A stretch of 32,000 bases of DNA from an uncultured delta proteobacterium (GTDB taxonomy: Bacteria; Desulfobacterota; RBG-13-43-22): NCBI GenBank assembly GCA_963843145.1, contig CAWJJC010000020.1, forward strand, positions 449,171-481,170, in the 5' to 3' direction. Below, piece by piece: positions 8,364 to 16,084 of this stretch. Position numbers and translations under genes: made by a program. Numbering within the stretch: the first letter of the stretch is position 1; every line of letters begins with the position of its first letter. Below the pieces are notes generated by a model. It had not been told where the DNA came from and made no database searches. It worked only from the letters and a program-made list of their open reading frames with translations.

Positions 8364-10710
8364 TTACTTCTTTTCTTGCAGCGCCCGCCAGATCCGTTCG
8401 GAGGTGATGGGCAGTTCGTTGATGCGTACGCCGGTGGCGTCGTAGATGGCATTGAGGATGGCCGGGATGACGGGCATGATGCCTCCTTCGCCGACTTCCT
8501 TGGCCCCGTAAGGACCGTTGGGCTCGCCGCTTTCGATGATCAGGGACTGGATCGCCGGCACGTCCAGGGCCGTGGGGATCTTGTATTCTCCCAGGGAGGC
8601 GTTCAGGATCTGGCCCTTATCGTTGAACTTCACTTCTTCGAACAGGGACTCGCCCAGCCCCATGGAGACCGAGCCCTCCATCTGGCCTTCCACCTGCGTC
8701 CGGTTGATGGCCAGGCCGCAGTCGTGGGCGTCGGTGACCTTGTCCATGGTCACCTCGCCGGTTTCCAGGTCCACAGTCACCTCGGCTATCATGGCCGAAC
8801 AGCCGTAGGCCGGGGAGGTCCCCACCGCCGCGCCCTTGAAGGACCCGCCCAGCTTGGGGGGCTTGTATTTCCCGGTACCCACGATGGTCCCCTTTTTCAG
8901 GTAGGCCAGGCGGGCCGCTTCCTTGAAGGTCAACTGGGTCTCCTGCGGCGGATCGCCCCAACCGCGGTGTTCCTTGATGTACCCGATCCGCAGGGCCTCG
9001 AAAGTCCGGCGTTTGCCCTTTGAAGGCGATCAGACCGTTTCGGACCATAATCTCCTCCACAGGCACGTTCAAGGTCTCGGCGAGCACTTCCAGCACCTGG
9101 CGCTTGGCGTCCTCGGCCGCCTGCTTGGTGGCGTGGCCGGTCATCAGGGTCTGGCGGCTGGAGTAGGCCCCCAGGTCCACCGAATAGTCCGTGTCGCCCG
9201 AGACGATCCGCACATCCTCGAGCCGCACCCCCAGGGCCTCGGCGGCGATCATGGCAAAGGCCGTATCCGACCCCTGTCCGATTTCGGCGCTGCCGGTCTG
9301 TACCAGGGCCGTTCCCCCGTCTTCCGCAAGTTTGATCACCACCGTGGCATGATAGGTGTCGGAACGGTAGATGGGGTAACCGGCCCCGGAGACAAAGAAC
9401 CCGCAGGCCATGCCGATGCCCTTGCCCTTGGGCAGCTTCCCCTTTTTTAATTTCCAGTCGGAGTTATCGCGGATGGCCTCGATGCACTCTTTCATGCCCA
9501 GACTGCTCATATCCAATTCGTTGCAGGTGATGTCCCCGGTTTCCATGATGTTTTTCAGACGCATTTCCAAGGGATCCAGGCCCAGCTCCTTGGCGATCAG
9601 GTCCAACTGCTGCTCGAAACCGGCTCGAGCGGCCACCCCGCCGTGGCCCCGCTGGGCCCCACAGGCCGGCTTGTTGGTATAGAGCCGGAATCCGTCATAT
9701 TTCATATTAGGCAGCTTGTAGGGGCCGCCCAGCAATGATCCGGCGTAATAGACGGTGGCGATGCCGAAACTGGAGTAGGCCCCTCCCTCCAGAAAACACT
9801 CGTTGTGCAGGGCCATCAGGGTCCCGTCCTTTTTCACGCCGGTCTTGAAAGTGTGAAAGAACTGATGCCGGCCGCGGCTGTGAAGAAAGACCTGCTCCCG
9901 GGTAAAGCCCATCTTGACCGGCTTGAGGGTCTTCATGGACAGCAGGCAGCTCAGCAGTTCCAGGGCGGAAGCCGCCGCCTTGGGCCCGAACCCGCCCCCC
10001 ACGTAGGGCTTCACCACCCGGACCTTGCCGATGGGCAGTTTCAGCACCATGGCCACGGTCCGCTGCACATAGTGGGGGACCTGGGTGGAGGTGTGGAGGG
10101 TCAAGTAGCCCTGCCCGTCGAAGACGGCCGTGCAGGCGTTGGGTTCCAGAAAGGCCGCGTCCTGCCTTTTGTTGACGAATTTGTGCAGGTGGATAAAGTC
10201 GCATTGAGCGAAGGCCGCTTCCACGTCCCCGAACTCCTGATGCACTTCGGCGCAGATGTTGCGGGGAAAATGCTCGTGTACCAGGGGCGCGCCTTCGGCC
10301 ATGGCGGCCACGGGGTCGAAGACCGCCGGGAGCTCCTCGTATTCCACCTTGATTAAACCCAGCGCTTCCAGGGCGGTTTCCTGGTCAATGGCCGCCACGG
10401 CCGCCACTTCATCTCCTACGTAGCGGACCTTGTTCACCGCCAAAATAGTCTCGTCGTAGCGGGCCGGGGAAACTCCGTAGGGAATGATCTCCAGGTCTTT
10501 AGCCGTCACCACGGCCTTGACCCCCGGAAGGGCCTTGGCTCGGGAGGTGTCGATGTTCAGGATGCGGGCATGGGCCAGAGGGCTTTGCAGGATAGCCCCG
10601 TAGAGCTGGTTGGGGAATGTCAGGTCATCGGCGTAAATCGCCTGGCCGGTGGATTTGGCCGGGGCATCCAATCGCGGCGCCCGGCTGTTGATCACGCTGT
10701 ATTGGCTCAT
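8364..10710 (-). pseudogene. Xanthine dehydrogenase-family molybdopterin-binding large subunit (4-hydroxybenzoyl-CoA reductase alpha-like), interrupted by a 1-nt insertion
   Basis: The N-terminal ~565 residues of ORF 8617..10710 read as a typical aldehyde-oxidase/XDH large subunit. After ...VRNGLIAFKG the frame degenerates into an Arg/Gly/Pro-rich reading. The true C-terminus (...GAKEVGEGGIMPVIPAILNAIYDATGVRINELP) is in ORF 8364..8933 in the adjacent frame, which stays open upstream to 9029. The span is 2347 nt, i.e. 3n+1. Confidence 0.85.
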
Positions 10711-10760
10711 AGGTAATTCCTTCCTTATGAATGGATCTGGGCTGGAATGCGGGACGGTCT

Positions 10761-11228
10761 TCAGCCGTCCGCTTTAACGGAGGCGATGGCCTCCACGATC
10801 TTCTGGTATCCGGTGCAGCGGCAGAGATTGCCGCTGATGGCTTCCCGGATCTCTCTTTCCGTGGGCGCGGGATTTTTATCCAGCAGGGCCTTGCTGGTCA
10901 GGATCATACCCGGACTGCAGAATCCGCATTGGATGGCACCGAGATCCACAAAGGCCTGCTGCAGGGGATGCAGTTTTTCCCCATCGGCCAACCCTTCAAT
11001 GGTCGTGATTTCCTGCCCGTCGGCTTCGACCGCCAGGACCAGACAGGAATTGACCGGCTTTCCGTTCAACAAAACCGTACAGGAGCCGCAATCCCCCACG
11101 GCGCACCCTTGCTTGGTCCCGGTAAGACGTAAATTTTCCCGCAGCACCTGGGTCAGGGTCTTATTCACCGGGATGACCAGATCGTATTCCTGGCCGTTCA
11201 CTTGCAAATTAATGGTCATCTTCTTCAT
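10761..11228 (-). CDS. (2Fe-2S)-binding small subunit of the XDH-family enzyme (CoxS/HcrC-like)
   Basis: Motifs GCAVGDCGSCTV (plant-type 2Fe-2S) and QCGFCSPGMI...CRCTGY (second cluster). 155 aa. Confidence 0.92.
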   Translation of the reverse strand: MKKMTINLQVNGQEYDLVIPVNKTLTQVLRENLRLTGTKQGCAVGDCGSCTVLLNGKPVNSCLVLAVEADGQEITTIEGLADGEKLHPLQQAFVDLGAIQCGFCSPGMILTSKALLDKNPAPTEREIREAISGNLCRCTGYQKIVEAIASVKADG

Positions 11229-11238
11229 CTGCGCTCTC

Positions 11239-12132
11239 CTAAGCCGTTTTCATGAGCTGTTGATAGGCGGACATCAGGGTCCGGACGGTTAAAATCTCGA
11301 TCAGGGCCCGGCGGTACTCGGCCGATCCGCGATGGTCGTCAATGGGCTTACCATCCCGGGCGGCCGCCCGGGCCGCTTCCAGGAACAAGGAATCCCCTGA
11401 TCCCACGGGCTTTTCGCCTTTCAGGATCTTTTCCGCCGATTTGGCCCGGAGCGGGGTGGGCCCCACGGCCCCCAAGGCAATTCGCGCCTGCCGGATGGAT
11501 CCCTCCGGACCCAATTCCAGAAAAGCGGCCACATTGACCAGGGAGATCTCCAGGGCCTTGCGGGAACCCAGCTTCAGGTAGGCGCTGCCGCAGGGACCTT
11601 CGCAGGAGGGGATATAGATTTGGGATAGAATTTCTTTGGGTTTGATGGAGGTTTTCCCGGGACCTTTGAAAAACTTCTCCACTTCCAATTCCCGCTCCCC
11701 GTCCTTGTTCTTTAAAATCAATTGCGCGCCTAAAACCATTAGAGGCGGGGCGAGATCCGAGGCCGGCCGGGCGGTAACGATATTTCCGCCCAGGGTGGCC
11801 CGATTGCGAATCAGGGGAGATCCCAACCGTCCGGCCCCCTGGGCCAGAACGGTCAAATGTTCCTGAACCAGTTCCGATTCCGCCAGTACGCTCGCGGTAA
11901 CCAACGGACCGATGGAGATCCCTTTCCCTTTCTTAGGAATAATCTCGTTGAGGCCTTTGATCTTATTCAGGCTTACCACCTGCTGGGGGGCCAGGACTTT
12001 TTTCTTCAGGTTGACCAGGAGATCGGTCCCGCCGGCCAGGAGCTTGGCCTTGGCCCCGAATTCCTCCAACAGGGCGCAGGCCTCCCGCAGGCTTTTGGGG
12101 GCCTGGTAGTCAAATTTGGGCAGTAACATCAT
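11239..12132 (-). CDS. FAD-binding medium subunit of the XDH-family enzyme (CoxM/HcrB-like)
   Basis: Motifs LLAGGTDLLVNLK, ATLGGNI and the C-terminal CO-dehydrogenase flavoprotein pattern DDHRGSAEYRRAL. AGGAGGA lies upstream of ATG. Confidence 0.9.
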   Translation of the reverse strand: MMLLPKFDYQAPKSLREACALLEEFGAKAKLLAGGTDLLVNLKKKVLAPQQVVSLNKIKGLNEIIPKKGKGISIGPLVTASVLAESELVQEHLTVLAQGAGRLGSPLIRNRATLGGNIVTARPASDLAPPLMVLGAQLILKNKDGERELEVEKFFKGPGKTSIKPKEILSQIYIPSCEGPCGSAYLKLGSRKALEISLVNVAAFLELGPEGSIRQARIALGAVGPTPLRAKSAEKILKGEKPVGSGDSLFLEAARAAARDGKPIDDHRGSAEYRRALIEILTVRTLMSAYQQLMKTA

Positions 12133-12255
12133 ATCCTCCTATTTAGTATGGTTGCGGGCTACGAGATCTTTTACGGAATTTATCCTGAGCCCAAGACCGA
12201 GACCCTTCGCGGAGTCTTTCCCGCCTGCGGGACTCAGGCTGACCGGTCAGCGCGA

Positions 12256-12609
12256 TCAATCGGGCCAATGGCTTAATTCCAACTCAATAGGTAATTCGGC
12301 GGCCCAAGCTTTCAAGAGCAGGGCATTGGCTTTGGCCTGGGCGATCCGCAAGGCCTGGATTTCTCCGGGGTCGATTCGTTCCGCCAGAGGAAAAACCAAG
12401 CAACTGAAATAATGCCAGTCTTTATACCCCCCAAAGGGCGTACCGTCAAGAGGACGATTGCCGGCTTTGATCCCCCGGGCAATCTGCAGGTCTACCGGCA
12501 CGACCACATGATACCGCTGCCCGTCCGGAGAAATCCCAATATACCCTTCGTTGCCGCATCGGTCGTCCAAGGTGGCCCGGAGAATGTCGTTGAAGTCGAT
12601 GGTCATCAT
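12256..12609 (-). CDS. Hypothetical protein (117 aa), no family recognised
   Basis: The ORF starts 10 nt after the ThiS-like stop. Amino-acid composition is ordinary and it is co-directional with its neighbours. No clear SD. Confidence 0.5.
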   Translation of the reverse strand: MMTIDFNDILRATLDDRCGNEGYIGISPDGQRYHVVVPVDLQIARGIKAGNRPLDGTPFGGYKDWHYFSCLVFPLAERIDPGEIQALRIAQAKANALLLKAWAAELPIELELSHWPD

Positions 12610-12618
12610 TATAATTAT

Positions 12619-12819
12619 TTATCCACCAAAGGCCGGATGGATCAACTCCAGCACATCCCCTTCTTTCAACGGGGTCGCTTCGTAATCTTTCTGATGGATA
12701 AACCGGTGGTTCAACTCCACAATCATGTGGACCTCAAATTCCTGATTGCTGCTGATGACCGAGGAGACCGTGCTGTTCTCCGGCAGTTCCTCCTGAAATC
12801 CGTTTAAAATAATCCGCAT
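12619..12819 (-). CDS. ThiS/MoaD-family ubiquitin-like small protein ending in Gly-Gly
   Basis: 66 aa. MRIILNG...PLKEGDVLELIHPAFGG with a terminal GG directly before the stop, which is the classic sulfur-carrier beta-grasp signature. Confidence 0.75.
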   Translation of the reverse strand: MRIILNGFQEELPENSTVSSVISSNQEFEVHMIVELNHRFIHQKDYEATPLKEGDVLELIHPAFGG

Positions 12820-12869
12820 GGCCCAACCCGAAATATCCGGTAAAGACTTTTTGCCTTTAGTTAACCTAC

Positions 12870-13505
12870 TTAAATAGTTGACGTTTCGTCTTTTCGTTCC
12901 GCCGAACCCGTTCTAGCCAATGACTCCCGAACCAAACGCCTGGCCGTGGGGGTCCGAAACCAGGTCTTGGATCCCTCCAGGAGAAACCGGCGGCCCTCCT
13001 GCAAATAATTCTCGCCGAACATCTTTCGGTAACGCTGCAGGCTTTCTTCACCGAAGCGGTCCAGGCGATCCGCCTCCATGACCAGGATGGCCTCCGGATC
13101 CGGCAGGGCCTGAATAGCATCCGGTAGATCATGAACGGCGATTATCTTTAGAACCAATTCTTTTTTGCCTTTCGGAAAATCAAGGGGATCCAAAATTTCA
13201 CGGGCCAGGACAGCGCCTTGAACCATATGTTCCTTTAGACTGCGGGTCTCCTTTTTTTTCTCCGGCGGGGCCTGCACGAAATCATCAAAGGAAACCCGGC
13301 TCCAGCCGATGTCGTGGAGCACCAGGGCGGTCAGGACGACCTCCGGATCCCCTTTTTCCTCATTCAACAAGGCCTTACCATATGCGATGGCCCTGAGGGT
13401 ATGATCCCAGTCATCGGGCCGCCCCTGGAGCAAATAGGGCCGTGCCTTCTCCTTAAGCTGAATTTCCCAGGGTGTTAAGGAACCCGCTGACTTTTCACCC
13501 GACAA
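12870..13505 (-). CDS. HD domain-containing phosphohydrolase
   Basis: H...HD motif (DHTLRAIAY...ALVLHDIGW). The TTG start overlaps the upstream UPF0261 gene stop by 11 nt. Confidence 0.8.
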   Translation of the reverse strand: MSGEKSAGSLTPWEIQLKEKARPYLLQGRPDDWDHTLRAIAYGKALLNEEKGDPEVVLTALVLHDIGWSRVSFDDFVQAPPEKKKETRSLKEHMVQGAVLAREILDPLDFPKGKKELVLKIIAVHDLPDAIQALPDPEAILVMEADRLDRFGEESLQRYRKMFGENYLQEGRRFLLEGSKTWFRTPTARRLVRESLARTGSAERKDETSTI

Positions 13506-14769
13506 GCTTTTCTCTTTTCCTATCCCTGGATTTCAAAAAGGGACTCTCGGTAATTTCCCGAAAAGTCCGCACCACTTCTTCGGCAAATCGGGGATCATTG
13601 ATGTGAGCCGGGATTTCCTTCACTCTGATCCCCGGGGGGGCGCTTCGTTTAATCGCCTCGATAAACACCCGGTCGACGGCCAGATCGAAAAAGGATTTTC
13701 CCGGACTGTCAAAGACCGAATATCCTCCGGAGGGCAGCAGGAGCGCTGTGGGGCCGGCGGCCAACTTTAATTTTTCCGCCACCACCCCGGCCAATCGTTT
13801 CATCTCCTGGGCGTTGGTCCGAACCACACAAATAGCCGCATTATGCACATGGATCGGACGGTTTTTATAGCGAGGCGGGAGGGTTTCCGGCGGTCCGGTG
13901 ACGATAAAATCGATGTTGCCCGGGATGAGGATCGTCGGCAGCCCTTTGGTTAAAGCCGCTTCCAGACGGTGGGCCCCGGCGTCATAGGACCCTTTGAAAA
14001 GATGGTCCACCAATTCATGAAGCGAGACCTCGATGACGGCTTGCGGTTCCCCCTCCACCACCAACTCCTCCAGAGCCTGGCCCCCGGAGCCGACGGTGTG
14101 AAACACCGCCAATTCCCAGCCCGACTTTTCCAGGTCCGTTCTGAAATGACGGATACAGGCTTCGGTAGTCCCCAGGGTGCTTACGGCGATCAGCGGCGTC
14201 TCAAAATGTTTCTTGCTCCGAGGGGTGAACCGGACCATCCCAGCCATAGCCCCGGCCGCCTGAGACAACACCTGCCGAGTCATGCGGTTGAGCCCCACTA
14301 AATCCACCACCGAATGGTACATGAGGATATCTTTACTCCCCACGAACGGCCGGGTATCCCGGGAAGCCATGGTGGAAACCATGAGTTTGGGAAACCCGAA
14401 AGGCAAGGCCCGCATGGCGCTGGTGCCGAGAGTGGTCCCCATGGATCCCCCCAGGCCGATGATACCGTCGATTTCTTCCTGATCGTAGAGGTCCCGGACC
14501 ACCTTGATGGCCCCCTGCACCATGGTCCCCATGGCCTTGCCTTCATGCCCCAGGCGGCGCAGGGCGGCCAGGGAACTCCCGGCCTTGCGGGCCAGGGCGC
14601 TGGCCGGAATATCCGCCGGGCTGGTCGCGCCACTCAAGATTCCCCCGTCAATCACCAGAACATTCACCTCGGCCTCCCTCAGTCGCTCTCTCAGGAAAGC
14701 GACCTCGGATCCTTTAGTATCCAGGGTGGCCAGAATGGCTACGGTGGGCTTGGCCTTTGTTTTTTTCAT
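13495..14769 (-). CDS. Tm-1-like ATP-binding protein (UPF0261 family), copy 1
   Basis: The track ORF extends to 14874, but ATG at 14769 (MKKTKAKPTVAILATLDTKG) has AGGAAGGA upstream. Family signature GLGGSMGTTLGTSAMRALPFGFPKLMVSTMASRDTRPFVGSKDILMYHSVVDLVGLN. Confidence 0.9.
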   Translation of the reverse strand: MKKTKAKPTVAILATLDTKGSEVAFLRERLREAEVNVLVIDGGILSGATSPADIPASALARKAGSSLAALRRLGHEGKAMGTMVQGAIKVVRDLYDQEEIDGIIGLGGSMGTTLGTSAMRALPFGFPKLMVSTMASRDTRPFVGSKDILMYHSVVDLVGLNRMTRQVLSQAAGAMAGMVRFTPRSKKHFETPLIAVSTLGTTEACIRHFRTDLEKSGWELAVFHTVGSGGQALEELVVEGEPQAVIEVSLHELVDHLFKGSYDAGAHRLEAALTKGLPTILIPGNIDFIVTGPPETLPPRYKNRPIHVHNAAICVVRTNAQEMKRLAGVVAEKLKLAAGPTALLLPSGGYSVFDSPGKSFFDLAVDRVFIEAIKRSAPPGIRVKEIPAHINDPRFAEEVVRTFREITESPFLKSRDRKREKLVG

Positions 14770-14819
14770 GGTGTCCTTCCTCATAACCTCGCAAAAAGTC
14801 AAAAAACGACTTTCTGCTC

Positions 14820-14847
14820 GGCGGGGGAGGGCTTCCCCTCCCCCGCC
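14820..14847. repeat. Perfect 12-bp G/C hairpin GGCGGGGGAGGG-cttc-CCCTCCCCCGCC
   Basis: Read directly. It lies between the ubiX stop (14894) and the UPF0261 copy-1 start (14769). It shares the GGGGAG(A)GGG core with the repeats at 15528-15659. An 8-bp AT hairpin (CATTTGAA/TTCAAATG) lies next to it, immediately after position 14847. Confidence 0.5.
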
Positions 14848-14893
14848 ATTTGAAATGAATTCAAATGGTCCCACCCCTACCCCAGCCCGGCGC

Positions 14894-15511
14894 TTAATCG
14901 CGCTCGGGCTGCTGACGGACCTCTGGCGAGTCCATCACACCCGCCCAGCGTTTAAAATCCGGAACTTCGATATCGAAGAGGTCCAAAATTTTTCCGATGC
15001 TGTGCCGGATGATATCTTCCAGGTCTCTGGGTCGATGGTAAAAAGCCGGTACGGGCGGAAAGAGGATCGCCCCCATATCGGTCAACCGCAGCATTAATTC
15101 CAAGTGTCCCCGGTGCAGCGGGGTCTCCCGCACCGCCACCACCAGCTTGCGCCGTTCTTTCAAGGTCACATCCGCCGCTCGAATCAGGATGTTGACGTTG
15201 AAGGAGTTGGCCAGGGCCGAAAGGGTTTTAATGGAACAGGGCAGGATCACCATGCCCCTCGTCCCTTTAAAAGACCCGCTGGAAACCGGAGCGGCGATAT
15301 CGTCGAGATCATAGCAGACCGTGGCCATTTTTTTTACCTGCTCCACGGCATAATCCGTCTCCAGTTCAATCGTGCGTTCGGCCGCCCGACTGAGGATCAA
15401 GTGGGTGGCGATGTTTATTTTCTGCAGGATCTCCAGCAGCCGGATGCCGTAAATGGCCCCCGAGGCCCCGGAGATGCCGATGATTAGTCCCTGGTTGGGC
15501 ATAGATACCAC
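14894..15511 (-). CDS. ubiX: UbiX-family flavin prenyltransferase
   Basis: N-terminal GISGASGAIYGIRLLEIL, then the PCS.KTLS and LKERRKLVV..RETPL patterns typical of UbiX/Pad1. The start is GTG at 15511 or ATG at 15502. Confidence 0.92.
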   Translation of the reverse strand: MVSMPNQGLIIGISGASGAIYGIRLLEILQKINIATHLILSRAAERTIELETDYAVEQVKKMATVCYDLDDIAAPVSSGSFKGTRGMVILPCSIKTLSALANSFNVNILIRAADVTLKERRKLVVAVRETPLHRGHLELMLRLTDMGAILFPPVPAFYHRPRDLEDIIRHSIGKILDLFDIEVPDFKRWAGVMDSPEVRQQPERD

Positions 15512-15527
15512 ATTTCCTTTAAATCGA

Positions 15528-15659
15528 CCCCCTCCACCCTGCTTTTAGGGGAGAGGGAACAATCAAATCTATCTCAGGTTGTAATAGTACGTTCCCTAGG
15601 TGTATTTCATTTTTTACTCCCTCTTACCCATCGTGGGGGAGAGGGTTGGGGTGAGGGGG
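15528..15659. repeat. Two G/C-rich hairpin repeats sharing GGGGAGAGGG (15548-15557 and 15636-15645)
   Basis: Each 10-mer is preceded by a partly complementary CCCTC(C/T)... arm. The second copy lies inside the 3' end of the LpdD-like ORF. Confidence 0.5.
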
Positions 15660-16035
15660 TTCCAGCCTTTTCAATGATCTTCCGGGTCAACCGCTCTGTC
15701 ATATTTACGATGGTCTGGATCTCTTCCGGGTTCAAATTATCCCAATGGATACCGGCGGTGACCACCACATTTTTCTTAAGGGCCGAGGCCAATACCTCCG
15801 ATACCCTCCTGGCGGTTACATCCTCCTTATGCCCCAACAAGGTCAGCACCGAAGAAGTCGCGCTGGTCTTCTTCTTATCCCGCAAACTGGGACGGGGCAG
15901 CGCCAGGGCTACGGCCCCGATATGGGGGTGGGTCCCGCCCCAGACGGCGACCAATAAATCCCGCCCCAGGGATTTTACCAAGGCCTCCAATTTAAAACGC
16001 CCCTCTTTGATGGAAACGGAAATAGGCTTCATCAT
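15607..16035 (-). CDS. lpdD: LpdD-like prenylated-flavin (prFMN) chaperone family protein
   Basis: The pattern LLVAVWGGTHPHIGAVA ... HKEDV ... VVVTAGIHWDNLNPEEI matches my recollection of Lactobacillus plantarum LpdD (GGTNPHIGDV ... TAGIH). It sits between UbiX and other UbiD-pathway genes. The last ~16 codons are repeat-derived. Confidence 0.65.
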   Translation of the reverse strand: MMKPISVSIKEGRFKLEALVKSLGRDLLVAVWGGTHPHIGAVALALPRPSLRDKKKTSATSSVLTLLGHKEDVTARRVSEVLASALKKNVVVTAGIHWDNLNPEEIQTIVNMTERLTRKIIEKAGTPSPQPSPPRWVRGSKK

Positions 16036-16084
16036 GGATATCGGCGTTCCCCCTGCCGGCCCCCCGGTCCAGAAAGGTTGGACC

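Noticed and set aside
9010-9032. Programmed ribosomal frameshifting as an explanation for the split molybdopterin subunit (and likewise the ligase at about 18570-18590)
   Set aside because: A +1 shift would be required. In the zero frame the site reads C AAA GGG, which is not an X XXY YYZ slippery heptamer. There is no adjacent in-frame stop or rare-codon pause of the prfB type, and no obvious downstream stimulatory structure. An indel or sequencing error is more parsimonious. This is unproven without reads.
15528-15659. Possibility of a CRISPR array or other spaced repeat array
   Set aside because: There are only two short imperfect copies, they are hairpin-type and irregularly spaced, and no cas genes are present. 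They are better described as extragenic palindromic repeats.
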